A stretch of DNA of 63,132 nt, the filler included. It is 7 parts of 7 records of this genome, joined end to end, with 100 filler letters (N's around TTAATTAATTAA, not from the genome) between each part and the next. Parts side by side here need not be neighbours in the genome. Positions count along the whole stretch, not along the records: positions 18,879 to 29,510 come from SRR31156797_18808; positions 29,611 to 36,219 come from SRR31156797_18818; positions 36,320 to 49,823 come from SRR31156797_18820; 4 more parts are not named here. One strand, 5' to 3'. Position 1 is the first letter of the stretch. Every line of letters starts with the position of its first letter. The translations under genes were made by a program, and so were the position numbers. Shown in pieces: positions 27,308 to 38,408 of this stretch. The notes beneath the pieces are model-generated. The model had not been told where the DNA came from. It saw nothing but the letters and a program-made list of their open reading frames with translations, and made no database searches.

Positions 27308-29510
27308 TTACTTCACCACCACCTTCCGCACAACAATACCCTTTTCTGTTTGCATATGGAGGGTGTAGATGCCGGGTTTGAATTGGGAGGTGTTGATTTG
27401 GAAAGTATTTTTTGAGGGCTTTTCAGCATAAACCCTCAGGCCACTGATATTGAAAATCTCAACCTTGATAATCCTTGAAATTGATTCGATAGTAAGATTC
27501 TCATTTACAGGGTTTGGCCAAATATCTATGTCGTCTGATATTTCTTCTATGCTTTCGGCTTCTTCGTAAATCGTTGACCTTCCTGATTCGATCAACTGGT
27601 TGTTCCATTCATATACTGCGGTAGCATACCACATGTACCAGTAATCTATTGGGGGCCAACCAAAACAATATTCTGTTTCCTGTATATTTTCTGCCGACAA
27701 TTCCCATGGTGTGCCTAGTTCTATATCCCTGAAATATAAATTATAACCCGTGAAACTCGCATTTTTGTTTTTATTATCTGATATCGTGGGAATATCAAAA
27801 GGTTCAGGATTCCTGACTGGGGTGCCCTCGTTTTTGAATTGGGAAATTGGTGTTTTCAATTCATTGATTGATTTGAATCCATCCTGCCCGCTTTCAATAT
27901 AACCTTGGATTGCCCAGTTGTAGGTAAGCGCCTGGTTAAGGCTTGTTAAGGTTACCCATTCACCTTCCCAAAACATCATATTGCCATAACCTTCGGTCTG
28001 GGGGCCATCATCACATCCGGCAGGATAGCCTGATGCGGTGTTACAATTAAAGCCGATCCAAAGTTCTTCAGTAGGATCGATTGGCACCGGTGAAGCCAGT
28101 TCAACCTCGTTCCATTCATCCGCTAAAACATTGCTAAGTTCCTCATTATAAATTAAAACAGGATTGTTATCACCTCCCTGCCAGATTCGCAAAGAATAGG
28201 TACAAATGTCATCTGGTTCTCCCGGAACAAAATTAATTTTTGAAACTACTCCATTATAGAATCCGGCCAGCTCATCAGGTTCCCAGCGGGCTGCAACATC
28301 AAAACTTACCTCGCTGTTTGTACCGATCGAATTGTTGATTTCTTCATTGGAATAGGTAAGCCATTGCGGACTAAATGAGCCCGGCTCATCCCAGGTGAAA
28401 AACCATCCACTGCATCCGGGGGAATAATCGAACTGAAAATTTTGTGGTGGGAAAAATCCGGGCCATTCGCCTTCAACCATAATGATTTGGTCGTAGTATA
28501 TTTGGCCGTTTCCTGATACATTGCCTGAAAAATGCATAGCAGCCAATTGGTTGAGGTTTCCATTTCCAAATGCTCCCAGGCTCCATTGCCATTCATATAT
28601 GAATGCATCATTATAAAACAAACGGGCAAGATCATTATCCAGATCGATTTCCCCACGAAGCCTGTGCCCGTAATAATTATATCCGAGTATTATTTCTGTC
28701 GCATTCTCACCACCAGCATGGATAGTGGCATGATTCCATGTATCAAAGTGAATTTGAAGACCAGATATGGAGTTTTCTGCGTCAAACTTTTGCAGGATAT
28801 TAACTATTCCGTTACTGTAGCTCCAATCTTGTAAAAAAGAGAATTCAAAATTGTAGAGGCCTTCGGTATAGTTTTCCCCAAAATCCAACACCGGTTCATT
28901 GCCTTCTTCAGCCATCAATCCGGTTATACCTACAACGGCATCATAGGTAACGAGCGGGTCCTCTGCACCTCCCGGCTGGTTGTTCATGGTAGTCCAGTAA
29001 TCCTTACCCTGGGCAATGGCCTGTTGCACCAGTGGCTCGCCGGCTTCGTATTCCTCGAAAGTTTCGTAAAAAAGCAAAGAATTTGTGGTGCCGATAACTT
29101 CAAGAGAAACCGGAACCTCAACCACCGGATTTACCGTATCATTGCTTTCAATCATAATATCAGCCTGGTATAATCCGGCATTTAGATCTTCAGAATTAAA
29201 GGAAACCGCAACAACCTGAGAATCTCCGGGTTCAATAACACCATTAGTTAAATCTACCGAAATCCAATCGATGGACGGAATTGTACCAATACTTATTGTA
29301 TAGTCTTCCACTTCACCATATGAGGCGTTGCCACAGGGTTCCGGTGTTGAGTTATACGTCATTCGAATGCGCATCCTGTAATCACCGTTAGGCGTTCCGG
29401 CTGGAACCGCGATTTCACCAATAAAGGTTTCTCCTGTACCACCAACATTTTCGGTGAAGAACTCTTCGTTGGTTCCTACACCAAATTCATAATCCATATT
29501 CCAGTCAACC
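27308..29510 (-). CDS. T9SS-secreted protein with GEVED domain (5' truncated), paralog of the adjacent gene
   Basis: YRMRIR...YGEVEDY, Ig/BACON-like segment, shared WTT..QPG..EDP and FDVAARW...GYPAGCDDGP modules, CTD WPNP...KVVVK; frame runs to the contig edge. Confidence 0.85.
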
Positions 29511-29610
29511 NNNNNNNNNNNNNNNNNNNNNNNNNNNNNNNNNNNNNNNNNNNNTTAATTAATTAANNNNNNNNNNNNNNNNNNNNNNNNNNNNNNNNNN
29601 NNNNNNNNNN
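29511..29610. other. Artificial contig linker
   Basis: Ns + TTAATTAATTAA. Confidence 0.99.
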
Positions 29611-29611
29611 A

Positions 29612-29977
29612 GAAAGAGTAAAAATTGCAGAACAAGCTCATAAATATCCAAATCAATTATCAGGTGGGCAACAACAAAGGGTTGCAATTGCAAGATGTCT
29701 TTGTAATAACCCAGAAATAATGCTTTTTGATGAGCCTACTTCAGCACTAGACCCAGAGATGATTGGGGAAGTTCTTGATGTAATGGTTGAATTAGCAGAT
29801 GAAGGTATTACTATGGTTTGTGTTACGCATGAGATGGGGTTTGCAAAAAAGGTTGCAGATAGAGTTATCTTTATGGATGCAGGGCAAATTGTAGAAGAAA
29901 ATACCCCTGAAGAATTCTTTGAAAATCCTCAATCTGATAGATTAAAACTATTCTTAGAACAAATTTTAGATCACTAA
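29612..29977 (+). CDS. Polar amino acid ABC transporter ATP-binding protein (5' truncated)
   Basis: [38 protein letters not shown]. Confidence 0.92.
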   Translation, partial: ERVKIAEQAHKYPNQLSGGQQQRVAIARCLCNNPEIMLFDEPTSALDPEMIGEVLDVMVELADEGITMVCVTHEMGFAKKVADRVIFMDAGQIVEENTPEEFFENPQSDRLKLFLEQILDH

Positions 29978-29980
29978 AAC

Positions 29981-30013
29981 TTAATTCACAAAGAGTTTTT
30001 CTTTGTGAATTAA
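29981..30013. terminator. Bidirectional intrinsic terminator
   Basis: TTAATTCACAAAGA/TCTTTGTGAATTAA inverted repeat between convergent genes. Confidence 0.75.
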
Positions 30014-30014
30014 A

Positions 30015-30677
30015 CTATTTATTTCTTAACTTTATTCCATTTTTTTTCATAAAAATTAACCATAAAAACCAAAAAACAAATGTCACACCTAATGCTGCAT
30101 AAATAGCAGGCATAGGGTCATCAAGTTTAGAAATAGAACCTGCATATGCAATCACACATAAATATGGAATAGTTCCTAAAGACCAAGCAAAAAAGAATCT
30201 TTTAAAAGACATTTTGCAAGTTCCCGCTAAACATGAAGAGATTTCAGGAAGCATAGGAACAGCTCTTGAAAGAATTAAAACCAAAACTCCATATTTATTA
30301 AAAAGTTCTGTCATCTCTAACTTTTGTTCTTCATCACTTGAAAGTTTATCTAAAATCTTTTTACCATGTTTTCTTGATAAAAAGTAACCTGTAAAAGAAG
30401 CTGAAAAAAGTCCTAAAAAAGTATAAAACACAGCCAATTCAAAACCAATAAAATACCCTGCAAGGATAATAATTGTCATAGTTGGAACGGCAATAAATAA
30501 ATCTACAAAAAGAAGTAAAACAATTAAACCTCCCAAGATATAAGAAGGTTGTGACTTCAATGTAGCGAAGATTTCTTTTATATCTTCAACAGTTAAAACT
30601 CCACTAAACTTTATAACAAGAAGTGTTGTCATAAAAATAGTTGCTAAAATTAGAATAGATTTGATTAGTAGTTTCAT
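30015..30677 (-). CDS. VTT/TVP38-TMEM64 (DedA superfamily) membrane protein
   Basis: DLFIAVPT, LSRAVPMLPE, hydrophobic profile. Confidence 0.8.
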   Translation of the reverse strand: MKLLIKSILILATIFMTTLLVIKFSGVLTVEDIKEIFATLKSQPSYILGGLIVLLLFVDLFIAVPTMTIIILAGYFIGFELAVFYTFLGLFSASFTGYFLSRKHGKKILDKLSSDEEQKLEMTELFNKYGVLVLILSRAVPMLPEISSCLAGTCKMSFKRFFFAWSLGTIPYLCVIAYAGSISKLDDPMPAIYAALGVTFVFWFLWLIFMKKNGIKLRNK

Positions 30678-30684
30678 TTTATTC

Positions 30685-31317
30685 TTAACTAGAAGCTAGC
30701 CAAATTCCTATTCCTATCATCATAGTTCCTGCAATTTTATTTATTAGTTTTACATTATTACTATTTTGCAAAAGTTTTCTAAGAGTTGTTCCACCACTTG
30801 CATAGATAATCAAACACATAAACTCTAAGAACAGTATTATTAAAAGTAGAACTGAAAGCTGTGGAGCTAATTCTAAATTTTTATCGATAAAAGGAGGTAG
30901 TAAAGCAATAAAAAATGCCCAACCTTTTGGATTTGAAATTGCTGTTAAAAACCCTTGTAGGGCTAAGTTCTTTCTTGAAACACTATAAGAGCACTCATCT
31001 AAACTAACAGCCATTTTTCCCTTTGACATCCACATTTGAATACCAAGATAAGCTAAATAAGCTCCACCACCATACTTTAAAACTAAAAATATAGTTGGGT
31101 ATTTTAGCATTATGGTTGCAACCCCAATAACAGATGCACTTGCAACCAACCCTACTCCAATAAGTTCTCCATACATCATAAAAAATGTTCTTTTTAAACC
31201 AATACTCATTCCCATACTTAAAGCTAAGGTCATACACATACCAGGAGTAATAGAAACAATAAAAAATGTAGGAATAAAAACAGCTAATAATGTTAAGTTT
31301 AATAAGTCAAACAGCAT
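30685..31317 (-). CDS. LysE/RhtB family translocator
   Basis: SITPGMC, GGAYLAYLGI, ISNPKG. Confidence 0.9.
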   Translation of the reverse strand: MLFDLLNLTLLAVFIPTFFIVSITPGMCMTLALSMGMSIGLKRTFFMMYGELIGVGLVASASVIGVATIMLKYPTIFLVLKYGGGAYLAYLGIQMWMSKGKMAVSLDECSYSVSRKNLALQGFLTAISNPKGWAFFIALLPPFIDKNLELAPQLSVLLLIILFLEFMCLIIYASGGTTLRKLLQNSNNVKLINKIAGTMMIGIGIWLASS

Positions 31318-31366
31318 AAATCCTTTATAAAAAGGATATTATACTTAAAAAGTAATTTTCATTTAT

Positions 31367-31615
31367 TTAAGATTTTATATTAATTAGAGTTTGAGTCATC
31401 TCATCATGAGACTTCAATGCTTTTAATTGAGCTTCCGCAAGTCTTGCTGCAAAATCTTCTTCTACAAAAGCAGAGGTGAAATCAGCACTTTGCTGTGGTG
31501 TTATAGGATTTTCTTTATCGTAAGCTCTATAAAACCCTTCTTGTATTCTACCTTGTGCTTGCCCCATATAACTAAGACTATTTTGAAAACCTGAAAATAA
31601 ATCGTGATAACCCAT
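31367..31615 (-). CDS. Small protein with flagellar rod/hook C-terminal-like helix
   Basis: C-terminus AQLKALKSHDEMTQTLINIKS resembles Flg_bbr_C; GGAGA RBS. Confidence 0.55.
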   Translation of the reverse strand: MGYHDLFSGFQNSLSYMGQAQGRIQEGFYRAYDKENPITPQQSADFTSAFVEEDFAARLAEAQLKALKSHDEMTQTLINIKS

Positions 31616-31624
31616 TCTTTTCTC

Positions 31625-32107
31625 CTATGTTTCAACTTTAAGGATATATTCTTGACTTGTTTTATTATTGTGAATATCTAAAGACTTTAACATAACATCA
31701 GTAATATTTGTTTGAGTCTGAAGCTTCTTAAAACCTAATTGTCTTTTTCTACTATCTTTTATAGTATCTAATGCAAAATCAAATAAAGAGTCATATTTTT
31801 CAATTAGTTTTTCTTCATCCTCTGTAAAAGGAAGTTCATGATTTAGACTATTTTTATTTAGAATATGAAAATTGATAATATAAAGTTCATCCTCTTTTAG
31901 CCCTATTTCTTTTAAAACTTTAAGTGTCTCAAGGTGAGCTTGTTTTTCTAAATCACTCATCGTATCAAGGGTGTCATTTAGTAACTCTTGATAATTAACA
32001 TTTTCAAAAAAAGAAGAAAACTCCTCTTCATTTTTCTGTGAAATTTCTTCTTTTATTTTTTTATCAGGATTAAAAAAAGTATTAAATAAACCAGATACAA
32101 GACTCAT
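31625..32107 (-). CDS. Hypothetical protein
   Basis: 160-aa ORF with AAGGA RBS, 9 bp upstream of the next gene. Confidence 0.6.
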   Translation of the reverse strand: MSLVSGLFNTFFNPDKKIKEEISQKNEEEFSSFFENVNYQELLNDTLDTMSDLEKQAHLETLKVLKEIGLKEDELYIINFHILNKNSLNHELPFTEDEEKLIEKYDSLFDFALDTIKDSRKRQLGFKKLQTQTNITDVMLKSLDIHNNKTSQEYILKVET

Positions 32108-32142
32108 AATATAACTTATCCTTAAATATATAATACTATATA

Positions 32143-33105
32143 TTATGAAAATAAGTTTTTAAAGAAGCTTAAAAATCCTTTCTTTTCTTCGTTTAACATA
32201 TTATAGGCTTCATTTATTGAGTCAACTCTGTTTGCTGCAAATAGTAAAATAGCTACATTTAGCTTAGCTAATTTAATTGTTTCTTTATCAGGATTTTGAA
32301 TAAATGCTATTGCTTGCTCTAAAGAGATATCTTCAAATTTTCTTGTATAGTTGATATCTAATTGTTTTAAATCAACACTCTTTTCTTCGATTTTTCCATT
32401 TTCATTTACCCAATATTTGAAGTTAGAGAAAACTTCTGTTGTCCCTTCATTTCCTTTTAAAATTAAAAGGTTTTCATAGTTGCTTCCAAAAAGTTTTGTG
32501 TATTTTTCTACATATGGTTTATGAAAAGCTGATGTAATTGAGTATTTAGAGTTTGCAGGATTTAAAAGTTTTTCTGTTGTATTAAATACTGTTCTCATAT
32601 AAAGTTTTTTCCTAAGTTCAGTTAAATCAGACAACTCTTTGAAATAATCTTTTCTATCAAAGAAATGAATATTGTCTTCTAACTCAATATTTGTAGCAAT
32701 ATCTTTTACAGTAATTCCCTCTTTTGCTGGTTGACAGAAATCTCCACTAATTACAATATCAAGTGGTTTTATATGATTGTTTTTTTCAAAAAACTCTTTT
32801 AATATCTTTCCATATAAAGGGAAAAGATAAGGTTGTTTTGTTTTTCCATCATATGAAAAACCTAATTCAATAGATTCTGGAATATTTTCTCTTTTAATAT
32901 ATTTGTCAAAGGCTTGTAAACAACCAGCTAACTCTTCTTCACTTTCAAGTTTCACTCTTAAAAGCATTAAAAAAGCTGCAGCTTGTTCAGGTTCACATTT
33001 TTGTTCTAATATCCCTTGAATAGCTTCAATTATTTCTTCTTTTGTTAAATCTCTATTTGATTTTGGTCCCGTTCCAACGGCTTTTATATATTTAAAAAAA
33101 TTCAT
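32143..33105 (-). CDS. Glycosyltransferase family 3 / anthranilate phosphoribosyltransferase-like (YbiB-like) protein
   Basis: YIKAVGTGPKSNRDL, AFLMLLRVK, RTVFNTTEKLLNP, KGNEG. Confidence 0.8.
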   Translation of the reverse strand: MNFFKYIKAVGTGPKSNRDLTKEEIIEAIQGILEQKCEPEQAAAFLMLLRVKLESEEELAGCLQAFDKYIKRENIPESIELGFSYDGKTKQPYLFPLYGKILKEFFEKNNHIKPLDIVISGDFCQPAKEGITVKDIATNIELEDNIHFFDRKDYFKELSDLTELRKKLYMRTVFNTTEKLLNPANSKYSITSAFHKPYVEKYTKLFGSNYENLLILKGNEGTTEVFSNFKYWVNENGKIEEKSVDLKQLDINYTRKFEDISLEQAIAFIQNPDKETIKLAKLNVAILLFAANRVDSINEAYNMLNEEKKGFLSFFKNLFS

Positions 33106-33196
33106 AAATGTCCTAGATAAAATATTTTTTGTATTTTAACACAAAAAGTTAATTAAATCACAAAAAATATGCAATTATATTGTAGAATAAACCATT

Positions 33197-33571
33197 ATGA
33201 AAGTTTCATTATTACTATTAATACTTATTAGCTCAATTTTTGCCAACTCTAAAATTTATAATGCTTATGTTTTAGCCATTTATGATAAAGATGGAAACAA
33301 AGAAATTATAAAAAATAAAAGAGTTACCAATAAAGACTACAAAAATATTTGTATAACTGAAGTCTTTGTAAACTCTACATTTAAAACTGATATTCCCCAC
33401 GTAACTATTGGAAATTCAAGAGGTCATTATCAATCTTCAAAATCAGTTTACAATAAAAATAATATTAAAGTGGGAGAAATCATGAAGTTCAAGCACTATA
33501 ATGTCACAAAAGGTTATTTAATAATAACAATAAATAATAAAATATATGACCGCAAGACATACATAAAGTGA
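33197..33571 (+). CDS. Hypothetical exported protein
   Basis: Signal peptide MKVSLLLLILISSIFA; basic mature part. Confidence 0.6.
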   Translation: MKVSLLLLILISSIFANSKIYNAYVLAIYDKDGNKEIIKNKRVTNKDYKNICITEVFVNSTFKTDIPHVTIGNSRGHYQSSKSVYNKNNIKVGEIMKFKHYNVTKGYLIITINNKIYDRKTYIK

Positions 33572-33666
33572 TTATTTATAAAATATAACTAAAAACTAAC
33601 GTTTAATTTTGATTTTTATTTTTATTTTTTGTAGAATGTTTGATACAAAATATAAAAAGAGTAATA

Positions 33667-35658
33667 ATGGTCAATAAATTACAGTTAGAAAATCTAATAA
33701 ATGAAGCTAAAGACATCAAAGTTCTTTACGTAGAAGATGATTATGAAGTTAGGTTAAATATAGCAAAACTTCTAGAAACAATTTTTCCAACTGTTATACT
33801 AACTGAAAATGGTCAAGAAGCATTAGATATTTTTAAAGAAGACCCAACAATTGACTTAATTATTACAGATATAAATATGCCTGTGATGAACGGAATAAGT
33901 TTTATAAAAGAGGCTAGAAAAATAAACTTCAATATTCCATCGATTATAATAACTGCACATAATGACAAAGAACTTATCAATGATGCTATTATTGCAGGGA
34001 TAGATGGTTTTATACTAAAACCACTTGAACTAGACCAACTTTACAATGCCCTTTTAAATGTAATCAATAAATGTAATCTTATAAAAGAAAATGATAGAAA
34101 TATCGCCATACTAAATCAATATAAAGATATTACAAATAAAAGTTCTATTATTTCAAAAACTGACCCAACGGGAATGATAACTTATGTAAATGATAACTTC
34201 TGCGAAATCTCTGGTTACTCTGAAATTGAACTTGTAGGAAGACCACACAATATAGTTAGGCATCCTGATAATCCAAAAGAGCTTTTTGCAAGTCTATGGA
34301 AAACAATAAAAAAAGATAAAAAACCTTGGACAGGTATTATTAAAAACCTAACAAAAGATGGGAAGAGCTATTTTGTAAAATCTACTATAAAACCAATTTT
34401 TGATAATAGAGGTGAAATAGTTGAATATATGGCTTTAAGAGATGATATTACACAAATAATGAGTGAAAAGAAACAGCTTATTGCTAGTTTAGAATCATGT
34501 AGTAAATCATTTTTAGCTCTTATTCAAATTGAAAACTTTGATATTTTAGATAAGTTTTACGATACAAAAAGTGTTGAAAAGATAGAAACAACCTTAGCAA
34601 ATGCAATTGTAGCATTACTTCCAAAAGATGGGCAGGTTTTTGAGAAAATCTACAAACTTGGAGATGGGTTATTTGCTCTAAGTTGTGATTATACAAGATT
34701 AGATAAAGCACAAAAAAAGATAGAGAATATCTTAAGTGAACTAATTATAAATACAAAACAAGAAACAATAAAACTTGATAATATTGAGTACGATATCTCT
34801 TTAATAGTTAGCTACTGTGTAGGAGAAAAAAACCTATTTGAAAATGCTAAATATGGTATAGAAAGAGCTGTTGAAACAAATATGAATTTAATCTTTGCAA
34901 ATAATCTAGTAGATGAAGCTCAAAAGAATGCTCAAAAAAATATTGAGACTATTCATATGGTAAAAAAAGCCCTTGATAACTTCAAGATTATCTCATATTT
35001 TCAACCAATTATTGATAATCAAACAAAACAAACGATTAAATATGAATCTCTTGTAAGGCTTATCAATGAAGAAGGTGAAACAGTATCACCATTTTTCTTC
35101 CTTGATGTATCTAAAAAAGGTGCATACTACACAAAAATTACAAACAGAGTAATTGAGAGTTCATTTAATGTTTTAGATCATATTGAGCACAATGTAAGTA
35201 TTAATCTTTCTGTTTTAGATATTGAAAACAATGCTATTAGAAACAAACTAATAGAGCTTGTTTCAAAGGATAAATACAAAGGTAGAGTAACCTTTGAATT
35301 ACTAGAAGATGAAAATATTAAAGACTTCAATACAGTTAAAAACTTTATTTCAGATGTTAAGAAAGCTGGAGATGTAAAAATTGCAATTGATGACTTTGGA
35401 AGTGGTTATTCTAACTTTGAAAGACTTTTAGAATACACGCCTGATATTTTAAAAATCGATGGAAGTTTAATCAAAAATATTGAAACTGATAGTTTTAGTA
35501 GAAACCTAGTTGAAACTATAGTAACTTTTGCTAAAAAGCAAAATATTAAAACAATTGCAGAGTATGTAGAAAATGAAGAGATATACAATATCTTAAATGA
35601 AATCGGAGTTGATTACTCACAAGGTTACTATTTTGGTAAACCTGAGAAACTAATCTAA
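33667..35658 (+). CDS. REC-PAS-degenerate GGDEF-EAL c-di-GMP phosphodiesterase
   Basis: VEDD/ITDINMP/ITAH/KP receiver, PAS (VRHPD), LGDGLF degenerate GGDEF, YESLVR, DDFGSGYS, KIDG, AEYVE, QGY; alternative TTG start at 33640. Confidence 0.9.
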   Translation: MVNKLQLENLINEAKDIKVLYVEDDYEVRLNIAKLLETIFPTVILTENGQEALDIFKEDPTIDLIITDINMPVMNGISFIKEARKINFNIPSIIITAHNDKELINDAIIAGIDGFILKPLELDQLYNALLNVINKCNLIKENDRNIAILNQYKDITNKSSIISKTDPTGMITYVNDNFCEISGYSEIELVGRPHNIVRHPDNPKELFASLWKTIKKDKKPWTGIIKNLTKDGKSYFVKSTIKPIFDNRGEIVEYMALRDDITQIMSEKKQLIASLESCSKSFLALIQIENFDILDKFYDTKSVEKIETTLANAIVALLPKDGQVFEKIYKLGDGLFALSCDYTRLDKAQKKIENILSELIINTKQETIKLDNIEYDISLIVSYCVGEKNLFENAKYGIERAVETNMNLIFANNLVDEAQKNAQKNIETIHMVKKALDNFKIISYFQPIIDNQTKQTIKYESLVRLINEEGETVSPFFFLDVSKKGAYYTKITNRVIESSFNVLDHIEHNVSINLSVLDIENNAIRNKLIELVSKDKYKGRVTFELLEDENIKDFNTVKNFISDVKKAGDVKIAIDDFGSGYSNFERLLEYTPDILKIDGSLIKNIETDSFSRNLVETIVTFAKKQNIKTIAEYVENEEIYNILNEIGVDYSQGYYFGKPEKLI

Positions 35659-35664
35659 ATAAAA

Positions 35665-36009
35665 ATGAAGTATCTCTTTTTAGTTCTTCTTTTTTCTTTA
35701 TCTGCCAATGCTAATTCCTATGGAAGTTTACTTCTTGAAGGAAACTGTACAACATGTCATCACAAAACAAAAAGTATTTCAGCACCATCACTAAAGATAG
35801 TTGTTACTAGATACAAAGAAGCCTTTTCAGAGAAAAAAGAGTTTGTTTCATATATGAGTTCTTGGGTTTTAAAACCAAAAGAAGAGACCTCAATTATGTT
35901 AGATATGATAAAAAAATATGAGTTGATGCCTGAGTTAGGCTATGATAAAGATACACTTGAAATAATTTCAAGTTATCTTTATGATATGAAGTTTAATGAA
36001 GAAAATTAA
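35665..36009 (+). CDS. Monoheme c-type cytochrome
   Basis: Signal peptide, CTTCH, candidate distal Met (ELMP). Confidence 0.85.
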   Translation: MKYLFLVLLFSLSANANSYGSLLLEGNCTTCHHKTKSISAPSLKIVVTRYKEAFSEKKEFVSYMSSWVLKPKEETSIMLDMIKKYELMPELGYDKDTLEIISSYLYDMKFNEEN

Positions 36010-36014
36010 AGTTC

Positions 36015-36218
<204 letters not shown>

Positions 36219-36219
36219 T

Positions 36220-36319
36220 NNNNNNNNNNNNNNNNNNNNNNNNNNNNNNNNNNNNNNNNNNNNTTAATTAATTAANNNNNNNNNNNNNNNNNNNNNNNNN
36301 NNNNNNNNNNNNNNNNNNN
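36220..36319. other. Artificial contig linker
   Basis: Ns + TTAATTAATTAA. Confidence 0.99.
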
Positions 36320-36403
36320 TTCCACCCGGAATTCAAGTCCAATCCCATGCACGCACATCCGTTGTTCAGGGATTTCATCAAAGCTGCCTGCGACAATAAA
36401 TAA
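36320..36403 (+). CDS. pyrG: CTP synthase, C-terminal fragment
   Basis: FHPEFKSNPMHAHPLFRDFIKAA; canonical pyrG-kdsA order. Confidence 0.88.
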   Translation, partial: FHPEFKSNPMHAHPLFRDFIKAACDNK

Positions 36404-36416
36404 AAATTAACTTTGT

Positions 36417-37803
<1,387 letters not shown>

Positions 37804-38394
37804 ATGGGCCGTGTCGGCTTAGCTTTATATTTGATTCTGGCCCTGTCAGTTGGGGTCTGTGCCGGAACCTTGCTTGGGAAGAAGTACGGAACTTTTCCGC
37901 ATATGGCCCGTGGTCCGGTGGAAAATCCGTTGGTTGCCCATAAGAACCAATCCGATATCTCCGCTGAGGAGATTGAGTTGATTCAGGGCACTGGTGGCGA
38001 CATCGAATGGATTTTGCGGGCCGGAAGTGCTGATTACGATCAGGAAAAAGGGTTGGTCATTGCTGACAAGCCCCGGGTTACATATTATCTTGGCCGGGAC
38101 CGCAAGGAAGTTTTTGTCAGTGCCTTGCATGGTGAAGTCAGCCAGAAGGGTGAAGGTCTCAAGCTCTGGGATAATGTTAAAGGACATTATGGTGATATGG
38201 GGCTCCTGGCTGACCGCCTTGATTTTAAGCCCAAGGACAATCTGCTTTTCCTTGAAGGGAATGTAAGGGTGCAGAGTCCTGCTGTTTATATAACTTCCAA
38301 GCGGGTCAAGGTGGACCTTGTCACCCGTGAAATTATGATTGAAGACGGAATGGAAGCCCTGATTTCACCGGACATGGTGGTAATGCCTCAATAG
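37804..38394 (+). CDS. lptC: LPS export protein LptC
   Basis: N-terminal TM anchor, beta-jellyroll-like sequence, position between kdsC and lptA. Confidence 0.8.
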   Translation: MGRVGLALYLILALSVGVCAGTLLGKKYGTFPHMARGPVENPLVAHKNQSDISAEEIELIQGTGGDIEWILRAGSADYDQEKGLVIADKPRVTYYLGRDRKEVFVSALHGEVSQKGEGLKLWDNVKGHYGDMGLLADRLDFKPKDNLLFLEGNVRVQSPAVYITSKRVKVDLVTREIMIEDGMEALISPDMVVMPQ

Positions 38395-38408
38395 AAGCGA
38401 GCATTCAT

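Noticed and set aside
25076-27400. Near-identical 3' ends of two T9SS genes as a DGR template/variable repeat pair
   Set aside because: Mismatches involve all four bases rather than being adenine-specific, both copies are coding, and no reverse transcriptase is present.
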